A DNA stretch of 64,000 bases from Octopus vulgaris. Lineage: Eukaryota. The stretch covers positions 80,290,001-80,354,000 of the forward strand of contig OX597827.1 in assembly GCA_951406725.2 (NCBI GenBank). Direction: 5' to 3'. Each line of letters opens with the position of its first letter. Position 1 is the first letter of the stretch. Both the position numbers and the translations under genes were made by a program. Shown here piece after piece: positions 12,100 through 22,706 of this stretch. Below the pieces are notes generated by a model. It was not told the DNA's origin. It saw nothing but the letters and a program-made list of their open reading frames with translations, and did no database searches.

Positions 12100-14675
12100 G
12101 CTTCAGAATAAAGCATTGGTTGAGTACAGAGCATAATATCAAATTAAATAAATGACAGAGGCATTACACAATCAGAAGTAAGCAAAGTCTCTGTTTGATC
12201 TCACAAACATGTTCTTTATGGAGCAAAAGTAGTGCTCCACCTAACAAGGGGTAAAAATGTCCAGGACCTCTGCTTCACAAATAGTGTGACACTCCTTCAT
12301 AATGTTACGGTGACTGATGATTCTCTCCGACCATTACTTAATAGAACTAACAATGTATGGTCTGCAGAGAACTGCGGACATGCAGGCTACTAAAAGCACC
12401 CAACTCCTTTCTAGCCTGAACTTTTACAAAGCTGATTAGAAGGGTATTCCGGAAGAGGTCATTGAGCAAATCTGGTCTACAAGTCTCCCAATGCAAGATA
12501 TTGACATAAAGCCACAGACACTCATGCATGGCATATGCAGTAAGTTTGCTCCAGAAAGAATGTCAACCTAACAGTAAAACATAATACCCAGGATAGGAAG
12601 ATTCTTACAAGATGGTGAGCAAAAGATCTCAAACCCTCCAAGTGGGCCACTAAAAGATAGCAAAGAATCCTATCTCAAAGAAACATTGCTTAAGATTGAA
12701 AGTGAATTCAAACACACCCTTGAGAAGTTTAGGGTAGAGCAGGAGGTCAGGGCTAAAAAGAATGTAAAGACAAATCCTAAAGCCTTCTATAGATTTGCAA
12801 AAGCATCTGCTTCAGTACAGTACGAGATTGGGCTACTGTTCAAAGAGAATGGCTCACTGACTGCAAACCCCACCAGAGGATAAATGAAATACTGAAAGTG
12901 CAATATAAAAGTGTTTTAACAACTCCATTGAGACACTTGCAAGCAGCTATGTCTGATGTGTTCTTTGGCACCACAGCTTGACACAAAGAGATGGCAGTTA
13001 TTGAAAACATTGAAATAGTGCAAACTGATGTAATATCAGCCATTGATGAAATGAGCTTAGACTTAGCCACAGGCCTTGATGGATTCCCTGCAATCCTCCA
13101 AAAGAAATACAAAGAGGATCTACCAAGACCACTCCAGATCCTCTTCAAAAGCTTCCTTGCAACTGAGAGACTTCCCAGGAAGTTAAAGGAAGGCACAATA
13201 TATCCTATCCATAAAGGATAAAAATTATAGGCACATCTCTCTAACCACCCCAGGTCTGCAATATCTCAGAACACATTGTCAGGAGGAAAGTGATTGCATT
13301 TCTGGAAGATAATGACTTGCTCCTTGGCACCCAGCATGGCTTGTGCTCAGGAAGAAGCTGCCTTACACAGCTTCTACAGCGTTATGACTGGGTGATGAAA
13401 CAACGAATGAATTGCTCAAATGTAGATGTGATATATCTTGATTTTGCAAAGGCCTTTGATAAGGTTGATCATGGATGATATGTCAGAAGCTATGGAGGCT
13501 CAGCATAGTTGTAGAACTGGGAGGGTGGTTACATGACTTCTTAAAAAAAAAAACAGAAGCCAGCCAATGGGGTCTTCTCCAAGGAGACAATAATAGCAAG
13601 TGGAATGTCTCAGGGAACTGTCTTAGGGTTGCTACTGTTTATGATGGCTCTCTCAGACATGCTGTCAGTTACGCAGACAGCCAGTCTTACTAGCTATGCC
13701 AATGGCACAAGAGGAGTACAAGCAGTCAAGGGAACCTGTGATGCTGATTTTCAATAGAAAAACTTAGACACCATATATAAACAGGTGGAAGAGAATGACA
13801 TTCAGTTTAATGCTGAAATTTTTCAAGACTTCTGCTATCACCTAACCTGTGCTAAGATGCTGCAACAATGATACTTTGCACCAAAAAGAGTGGAAATCCA
13901 AGAGTCTAGGACAGTATGTGATTTAGGGATTGATATGAGCAATAACACCTCATTTCATGTGTATATCACAAAGAGAGTGGCAATGTCCTGGCGATTGGCC
14001 AGATGGATTCTGAGAACTTTCTGAACAAGGGACCAAGAAACTATGCTTGTTTTATGGAGGACATTTGTACTCAGATGTCTGGACTACTGTTTTCAACTGT
14101 AGTTACTTCACAACATCAAATTAATGGTGGAATTTGAGTGAGTTCAGCAGAGCTACACCAGAAAGATGGCATCAATGGAACATCTGAACTACTGGGAGAG
14201 ACTAAAAGAGCTGAAGGCTTTATTCCCTGGGATGGAGATGGGAGAGATATGCAGTGATATACACGTGGAAGCTCCTGGAAGGGTTGGCAGCAAGCTTTGG
14301 CATTGAGAGCTATGCTTGCCCTCAAACTGGACATCACAGCAATGTTCCAAATGTCCCTGCTATCCTGACTAGAGTGAAGACCATGTGCTGCAATAGCTTG
14401 GGATTCAAGGGCCCATGGCTATTCAATACTTTACCAAAACATCTGAGAGATCTATGTGGAGTAGGAGCAGATGTTTTTAAGAAACAACTTGGGCCCATGA
14501 TGTCCAAAGTCCCAGATTAACCTACAGCATGGCACGAAACACAAAAGAGGACAGCAATGCCAAAGTCCCTCTTTTACCAAAAGTGAACAACATAAGAATG
14601 ATCATGGAAAAGATGATTACACATGTGGTGCTCCAGCATGGCCACAACCTTTGGGCTGAAATGCATAAAAGAAAG
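12100..14675 (+). pseudogene. Decayed CR1-group (APE-RT) LINE ORF2 with 3' tail
   Basis: Fragments NVKTNPKAFYRFAK, ATGLDGFPAIL, QHGLCSGRSCLTQLL, IYLDFAKAFDKVDHG, IYTWKLLEG, GPWLFNTLPKHLR; many stops and frameshifts. Confidence 0.85.
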
Positions 14676-14984
14676 TTATACATATTATCAATATTACATC
14701 TTATAATAGAAATAGCTTATTACTGTTTCTGCTAAGAGATGCAGTGCATCCAGAGGTGAGTGGTTGGGCTTCAGCTTAGAACTTGCTCAAAGCTTCTAAA
14801 ATGAAGAGCAACTTTATATGGGAAAGCATTTACTAACATGGAAAGGAATACACGAGAAATAAAATATTGAGTTTGAAGGATATGTGTGTGTGTATTATAT
14901 ATTCATATATACACATATATTTATATGTATATACATGCGTACACACACACACACACACTCATACACATGTAGTACAGACATAGA

Positions 14985-15270
14985 TGTATTGTTAAGAAAC
15001 TTGCTTCCCAGCCATGCGATCTTGGGTTCAATCCTGCGATGTGGCATCTTGGGCAAGAGTTTTCTACTATAGTCCTGGCTGACCAGAGCTTTGTTAGTGG
15101 ATTTGGTGGACAGAAAGTGAAAGAAGTCCCTGAGTTCAGTGTCACACGGTTCTGGGTTCAGTCCCACAGCATGGCACCTTAGACAAATGTCTTCTACTAT
15201 AGCTTCAGGCTGACTAAAGCCTAGTGGGTGGATTTGGTAGATGGAAATTGAAAGAAGCCCATTATATGTA
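14985..15270 (+). mobile_element. Two tandem SINE head fragments
   Basis: Two successive ggttca(a/g)tcc...gtggatttggt...aaagaag units. Confidence 0.7.
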
Positions 15271-18200
15271 TGTATCTATGTATGTACGTACATACGTATG
15301 TATATGTGTATATATACATATTTATATTGTCGATGCCAGTGCCACCTGACTGGCTCTTATGCTGGTGGCACATAAAAAGCACCCACTACACTCTCAGAGT
15401 GGTTGGCATTAGGAAGGGCATCCAGTTGTAGAAACCTTACCAGATCAGATTGGAAAAAAACTGAAACCAGTTATAACTAACAAAATTTGAAAACCACACT
15501 TTATAACAATGATTGCAACTTCAGTACTTCTTCATCCTTCTCTCTAAGCAGAAACTGTTTCACAAGTAATATTGTCTATAGTGCAACTGTAACCATGAAA
15601 AAACCCCTACCAACTTCAACCACATACACATATAGGGTCAACAGCAGACCGAATCAAGTCATAATACAACCAACAGGCTCATACTTTCTTGCAATCCAAG
15701 CAGGAAAAATGATACTTCACTATCCAAACATATATGAGCACTGCAACCAAATAGTACCCCATTTAGCATTAATTACAAAATAGTGTTCCATGCACAATCA
15801 TACCAAGGAAACAACAAAACCTGCCAATTCTGTACCAATAAATCCAACCATATTCTTTTATTTTGGAACCAAATGCTGAACCCTAACTCAGAATTAATCT
15901 TTTCCTGCAAACACAAAACTTTCAAAATGCTAAGACATTTCAAACTGATAACTTTTTCTGATAGCTAAACATGACAATATCTCACTCACTTCCTCCCATC
16001 TTACCATAAACAACCTTTGTAATAAACATGAACACTATAGCTTTCCACTCAACAAATACTACTATAATCATATATATATATATATTTGTATGCATGTAAG
16101 CATAAATATGCATATATGTATGTATATATACATGTGTGTGTGTGTGTGTGTTTGTATGTATATATGCAATTATAGCAGTTATAATTTGTGAAGTTCTAGC
16201 TTCTAAAGAGAAAATTCGATTTCTAATCTTTGTATTGATTACTTTTTTTTTTTTCAAAATAAACACAATGTTCTATAAATTTGTTCACCATCCTTGGAGG
16301 TAAGATTATAAAGTGGGATAGTATATATACATAAATAACTCAGTTCCATTTTATATTATTTTATTCAAAAATTATGAAAGACATCTCAGGTAGAACTTGC
16401 AATATATATGGGTAAAATAATAATTATGCAAAAATCACAACGTTCTAATATTCCTTGTTAGAAAAAAATTGATAAGAAAGAGGGATATATTTGACAATGA
16501 CATAAAATATGTTTAAGATAAAAGGACACATTTCCATGGGTAAGCAAAAAGTTCGGCTGGTTGATCTGCTGTTGTACTCGCTCTAAATTATGAGCAAGGA
16601 AACATTGAAACAGGTTTCAATGATATTAACATAAATGATATATAACAAAACAGGACCAAACTTTTGGGTTTCCACACAGGAGGGAGTGAAATCTTGTAAA
16701 GAGCATTTGAAATTAAGTGAAATAAGAAAAGTAAACATAATTTGCAACTGCTTTAAATTTCTGCCAAATAGATAAAGAATTGATACTGGCTGGTTATGTA
16801 CTAGAGACTATAAGATACTATAATTTGCAAAGGATTCTAAATTAGGTGAATACATTTTACAGTGCATTTGTATTAAAGAATTATATATCTAAATATTCCA
16901 TATAAGAAAAATGAAAAATACTGCTTGATTTAGAGGAAAAAATCTCTTTTTAACACTATTTCTGAAGAAATTTATATACAAAAAATATTAATAAACTAAT
17001 TAGATCAACCAACTGTCAGATACAAGGTGAAATGATTACAATGATAAAAAATATGAAATCAAGGATGATAGATGATTCCTTTTAAAACAATGTCTTCCAT
17101 ATAGTATATACACAATGGCTTCTGAGAAATCTTCAATTTTTTTTTTTTTTTTTTTACTAAAATGCTTCAGTTATGATATTGCTTGTTTGAAAAAATATTA
17201 AAGCTTGGTTTGGAAAAAAAAACCAGGTTTGGAAAAATTTTCAGTAGTTAATGCATTAAAATGGATAATTTGGTAAGTTTGAAATCATTAAATTTGAGGG
17301 AATTGTAGCTTTATTTTTTGTGGATTCATCTTTGATAGACTTATTAATATGCATATAGTAGATAGATTAATGTGGTGAGTTGTATAGTTGAGAGATTTGC
17401 GTGACAACTTATGAGATGTAGACTGCATAATGAATCATATAATAGACATATTTATAGGATGGACAGATTAATTAGCTTGATGAGTTCTAGTGAATGTAAT
17501 AGTTTTTTTTTTAAGTATGGACATATCATCTTAAAACTGATATACTTACAAGGTTAAAAATAATGTTATCAACATTTAACTTATTTTATTTCCATTAACT
17601 TACACATACACACACACATTTACACATACACTTACACACATATTTGGAGAGAGAGAGAGAAAGAGAGAAGCATGCTGCATTGCATAAGTTGTTTTTGAAG
17701 TGGTCCACTCTCATTTCAAAGTAAAATAATTTAATTGCATATCACCCCAGTTCTAATTAATCAATTCCCTCAGTAAATGGAGATGTTTTGTTTAGAATCC
17801 TCGCGAGTATAAATATTGCTATAAAATGTTGTATTCAAATTACAAATTGACTTAGATAAATGAGCCTTGATATGAAGCCAAATAGCATTTTACTCACTTT
17901 TGTATAAAACTGAAAGCTTGTAAAATCTCACAAACACTCGAAAACTGTATCTAATTGTTAGTAATATGTAATTTAACAAAGGAAGTGTTATTCCCTAATC
18001 TGGTTTTAACCTAAAAGTATCAGAATGATAACTTCTATAATAGCCTATTTATCAATGTGCTCAAAACCCAGAGCAGGACCCAAATATCTAAAACTGGATT
18101 TAAGTTCTTTATCCATAATTCTATTGGTCATACTTCAAAAGAAAGCCATTGAAAATTATTGGGAAATAGCTATATTTTCTTCGTTCAATATTTAGAGTAT

Positions 18201-18618
18201 TTAAAATGGCTTAAAGAAATAAAGAAGCTTTTAATGATTACACTGAAGTGATGTAAATGAAATATTTATAATCTTGAAGACAAATTTGATAGGAATATAA
18301 TGCATACATACCTATAGTTTTAAATACATGAATATCTAGTTTTGTTATTTCTGATATGTTATCTATGATTCATAGAACTGAAGTATTTTAGTAGAAATTA
18401 AGACCTTGTATATATTCACTGCGCCAAATTCTGTTTCCTTACATTATATTTTAAAATGGTTTTTCAAATTAGGAAATACTGACATCTTGGGAGTAAAAAT
18501 ATTTGCCATTGTGGATATGTACAATATTCTTTTCTTCTCTGTATGTCTGTGAAATTTGAAAGTTTTCTATCAAACTGCTTGATTCTGTGATTGAATGGTT
18601 TTCATCATAAATATTAGG

Positions 18619-18703
18619 TTAAAGAATGGAGTTGCTGTTTTTATTCAGTTCCTCATTATTTTCTTTGCTGGTGTTGCTGCCTTTTTTCCCATTTATTATT
18701 ATT
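18619..18703 (-). other. Candidate third exon of the protocadherin (3'UTR start or alternative C-terminus)
   Basis: Acceptor cacatttacttttctttaattaatacag| at 18704/18703, about 107-116 nt past three clustered GT donors (18819, 18815, 18810). One frame is open to TAA at 18621-18619. Confidence 0.45.
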
Positions 18704-18811
18704 CTGTATTAATTAAAGAAAAGTAAATGTGTAAACAAAATTCGACAACATTTATGAAATTTGTGACATAAAACAATATCAACACAACTCAAACACTGAC
18801 AAGTTTTTACC

Positions 18812-18973
18812 TTACATACTTGGAATTTCTTCGTAATGTCTCCCTCCTCCTTCACGTAATTTGTGTCTGCCATCTCTTGGAGCTGGTAATGTCTCCAAAG
18901 TATAATCAGGAACATCAGTGTGGTGTTCCATAGCATCATCGTTAGATGTTGCGACTACTGGTTCACTGTATTT
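18812..18973 (-). CDS. Pcdh: Protocadherin second coding exon (cytoplasmic tail, KYSEPVV...GRHYEEIPSM*)
   Basis: Strong acceptor cacatttacttttcctttttcttatag|AAA at 18974/18973. Open in phase 0 for 53 codons to TAA (18814-18812), matching the phase-0 donor at 22707. Non-repetitive sequence. Not in the ORF track. Confidence 0.8.
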   Translation of the reverse strand, partial: KYSEPVVATSNDDAMEHHTDVPDYTLETLPAPRDGRHKLREGGGRHYEEIPSM

Positions 18974-19223
18974 CTATAAGAAAAAGGAAAAGTAAATGTG
19001 AAGCATTTGTATTTTTCATGAAACATTTTATTGAACAATTTTCCAAGTCATAATTCCTTGCTTTGAGATTTCATATTACATCAGCTAATTGCATAAATTA
19101 AATTTATGACACAAACTTTGTTTAATGATTGTAAAGGGGAATGTTGGTGCTTATAGAATTTACTGGTGGGATTTCGTAGACTTTCTCTCAAAAATTAAAT
19201 GTAATTTTCATCAATTCATCAAT

Positions 19224-19615
19224 AGGTGTAGGAGTGGCTGTGTGGTAGTAGCTTGCTTACCAACCACATAGTTGCGTGGCACCTTGGGCAAGTGTCTTCT
19301 ACTATAGCCTCGGGCCAACCAAAGCCTTGTGAGTGGATTTGGTAGATGGAAACTGAAAGAAGCCTGTCGTATATATGTGTATGTATATATGTATGCATGT
19401 GTGTGTATATGTTTGTGTGTCTGTGTTTGTCCTCCCAACATCGCTTGACAACCGATGCTGGTGTGTTTACGTTCCCGTAACTTAGTGGTTCGGCAAAAGA
19501 GACCGACAGAATAAGTACGAGGCTTACAAAGAATATGTCCAGGGGTCGATTTGCTCCAGCATGGCCACAGTCAAAAGACTGAAACAAATAAAAGAGTAAA
19601 AGAGAGTAAAGAGTA
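19224..19615 (+). mobile_element. tRNA-derived SINE copy in the protocadherin intron
   Basis: Colinear with 633-1040, with a small deletion in the head. Confidence 0.85.
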
Positions 19616-20240
19616 ATTCACTGAAAGACAATTTGTATTCAACCCTTGGTAATAATGAATCACCACAACTAAGGATTTTTAAGAGTTTAAAAATTCTTTT
19701 ATCTCTGTTAAGACATTTTAAGGTTATACACTCATGATAATAAATGGATATATAATTTAAGTAAAAGTAAATTATTAATTACATCAAGAGAGATTTTGTT
19801 ATTTTTTATTTACTGAAATAAAATTTTTGTGTCTTGTTTTTATTTAATTTTAATTTCAAACTTTCCAGAATGATTAAGTCAGGTGAGTCTTCTAATGCCT
19901 TTATTACAGTTATCACATAATTATGATCATTTCAAGATGAATTAAACTATTATATAAAATTTTTGACTTAACAAACTCCAACGATTTCAGTAAAATGGTG
20001 AAGATTTCTACACAAAATAAATCATCAGCTACTTTTTTTTTTCTTTTACTTGTTTTGTCATTTGACTGCGGCCATGATGGAGCACTACCTTTAGTCAAAT
20101 TGACCTCAGGACTTATTCTTTGTAAGCCTAGTACTTATTCTATTTGTGTCTTTTGCCGAACCATTAAGCTATGGGGACGTAAACACACCAGTATCGGTTG
20201 TCAAGTAATGTTGATGGGACAAACATACACACACAAATAA

Positions 20241-20279
<39 letters not shown>

Positions 20280-20284
<5 letters not shown>

Positions 20285-20608
20285 ATGAGGAGATAAATTA
20301 ATATCAATTTTAATATCAATTTAAAACCAGTAGTCCAGCATACAAAAAATCTGAGAAGTCAGAGAAAATTCTAATATATGTGTATATTGGCAGGGCTTGA
20401 CTGCTAGGAAGTCGGCCGCATGCTAGAAATAGATCATCAACGATCAAACTACAAAGGAATTCTCTAGAGGAAAAATTCAGCGAACACCAGAACCAAATTT
20501 GGCGGGCAGGACAGATGAAAATTTATATAAAAAACAGATTTGTAGTTTGATCGTTGATGATCTGTTTCTAGCATACGGCCGACTTCCTAGCAGTCAAGCC
20601 CTGCAAAT

Positions 20609-20610
<2 letters not shown>
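20280..20610. mobile_element. Inverted-repeat element inserted in the (TA)n tract of a SINE
   Basis: 66-bp arms 20390-20455 / 20539-20604 (2 mismatches), 83-nt spacer, flanked by (TA)n/(CA)n. No hammerhead recognised. Confidence 0.6.
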
Positions 20611-20657
<47 letters not shown>

Positions 20658-20711
20658 GTGAATGGAAGAAATGGAGTTGAACGAAGATTGCACAGAATTC
20701 CTTTTATTACA

Positions 20712-20791
20712 TTCTACACATGTTTCAAAGGCCACAATTTTCCAAATTCTGATTAAATAAGGATACCATATTGCAGCTTTCTCTTCAGGAA
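20712..20791 (-). ncRNA. Type I hammerhead ribozyme (left arm of palindrome; sense to the protocadherin pre-mRNA)
   Basis: Exact reverse complement of 21013-21092. Confidence 0.7.
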
Positions 20792-21012
20792 AAACCAGGA
20801 ATTACGTTGTCAGAACAAAACAAAACAAAGGCGCAGCAGAGCAATTCGAACGAGGACGCTCCTTAAGAGCCCATGGGTAAAATGTTTATCAATGTACGAT
20901 TTCAACGTACATTGATAAACATTTTACCCATGGGCTCTTAAGGAGCGTCCTCGTTCGAATTGCTCTGCTGCGCCTTTGTTTTGTTTTGTTCTGACAACGT
21001 AATTCCTGGTTT

Positions 21013-21092
21013 TTCCTGAAGAGAAAGCTGCAATATGGTATCCTTATTTAATCAGAATTTGGAAAATTGTGGCCTTTGAAACATGTGTAGAA
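21013..21092 (+). ncRNA. Type I hammerhead ribozyme (right arm of 250-bp palindrome)
   Basis: UUC-CUGAAGA (21016-21022); stem II GAAAGCUGCAAU/AUUGUGGCCUUU; GAAAC 21078-21082; palindrome ACAUGU; GUA 21087-21089 followed by GAA (3-bp stem I). Confidence 0.7.
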
Positions 21093-22061
21093 TGTAATAA
21101 AGGAATTCTGTGCAATCTTCGTTCAACTCCATTTCTTCCATTCACTAATTATATTAAACTTCAATTATCCGCACCAACGCACGGTTGCAACACCATATGG
21201 TCTTATCTCCAACCGTGTACTTTCTGCTGTGATTTTTGCTACCCAGGTATTGGTTAAACTTTTGAATAATCCGTAACAAGATAATTCATCTTTCCATTTC
21301 AACAAATATATTATATATATATATGCGATGGGCTTCTTTCAGTTTCTGTCTACCAAATCCTCTCACAAGGCTTTGGTTGGCCCAAGGCTATAGAAGACAC
21401 TTGTCCAAGGTACCACACAGTGGGACTGAACCCAGAACCATGTGGTTGGTAAGCAAGCTACTTACCACACAGCCACTCTTGCACCTGTAAAGAATTGCTT
21501 TTATAGTCTTCTTTTGTTTCTTTTTTCTACCCCCACCTCTTCTCTCTAAGAAACTGCTTTGATAAACCAATCTTGGTAAGCAAGCAATCCATGTCTGGGA
21601 GGGTTTTATTAATATCTCCTCATATATTAAAGAGTCTCAAGTCTAAATTCAGAAATATCTTGTTCAGCCATATATAGCTGGTAACTGGCGCTCTGTAGGT
21701 TATGAAGACAAGGGTTACAATTGACCTGATCAATTGGACAGCTTTCTCATCAAATTAACAGGCATGTGGCTGAGCATTTCACAGTGAGAATTACAGGTAC
21801 AACTTATTTTTGCCAGCTGAGTGGACTAGAGCAATGTGAGTAAAGGGTCTTGCTCAAGACCACAATGTGCTGTCAGGAATCAAATCTTATAATTAGGAGC
21901 TAACTACTAAGTAACATTCCTGCACTACCCACATATGATCAATATTATTCGGTTGCCAAGGGGCTACACAGCATATTTCACTATGGAGACATTTATTATT
22001 CACAGATAGTGCCACCTCTGGTTAAAAACTTAGCAGCTAAGTCATAAAGTCAAAAAACTTC

Positions 22062-22373
22062 ATGAGAACTTATTTTGTTTTTGGATTTGGTTTGCAAGAT
22101 TCTTTATATGAGTTCGTGTGTTGAAGCATATTCTGTTGTGTCTGGGGAGAGTCATTCTCTTTTAGTGCCTTATAATGTAACACACTCACCAGTAAAATTT
22201 CCACTCATTGCCTTCTTTGAAAGTCAACAGCTACTGAAAAGGTTGCAAGACACAACGAAAATTTTAGAAAAATAAAGAAGGAAATGAGTGGAAATTTTAC
22301 TGGTGAGTGTGTTAAATTATTAGGCACAAAAAGAGAATGACTCTCCCCAGACACAACAGAATTAATGAGAACT
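22062..22373. mobile_element. Inverted-repeat hammerhead element with 9-bp target-site duplication
   Basis: 89-bp arms 22130-22218 / 22274-22362; direct repeat ATGAGAACT at 22062-22070 and 22365-22373; homologous single arm at about 9120-9255. Confidence 0.75.
22231..22267 (+). ncRNA. Minimal hammerhead motif (C3/A8 mismatched copy of the 9123 family)
   Basis: CUA-CUGAAAA-G-GUUG caagaca CAAC-GAAA-A-UUU-UAG, in the loop between 89-bp inverted repeats. Confidence 0.5.
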
Positions 22374-22706
22374 GTTTCAGCTAATCTTAAATGTTGATAT
22401 CTGAAATGAAGTTATGCTATATACATATATATATTTATCAGAAATTATTTCAACATCCATTATAGATTTCTAAAATATATTACTTGTTTCAGATGAATTA
22501 TTATTATATTTTTTATATAAGCAGCATATTATAATCAGAGATTGAACCAATTAAAATATAGTGTAATTAAAAATATTGTAAATGTAAACTGTTTAGAATT
22601 TAAAAGTCCAGGAAATTAGAAACTTTGTATTTAATATTAAAAAGAATTAACTTCAACATAAGTGATTAAATTTAAATATGTTGTACCTGTAGTTATTAAT
22701 ATTTAC

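Larger units (their letters stand above)
20649..21310. mobile_element. Palindromic (tail-to-tail) hammerhead-bearing element, Penelope-pLTR-like
   Basis: Arms 20649-20898 and 20906-21154 (250/249 bp, one 1-nt indel), 7-nt loop ATTTCAA, about 155-nt unique extension, inserted in (TA)n. Confidence 0.8.
20040..21487 (-). mobile_element. tRNA-derived SINE copy split by two nested insertions
   Basis: Tail half about 20040-20240, head half about 21325-21487; two inverted-repeat elements sit in its central (TA)n. Confidence 0.8.

Noticed and set aside
20390-20604. Hammerhead in the 66-bp inverted repeat (TTGATGA / GAAA words)
   Set aside because: The core halves are on opposite strands or out of order; no valid fold.
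22653-22706. ORF read-through VNINNYRYNIFKFNHLC*
   Set aside because: Starts at a GTAAAT donor and is AT-rich intron-like sequence; an in-phase downstream exon exists.
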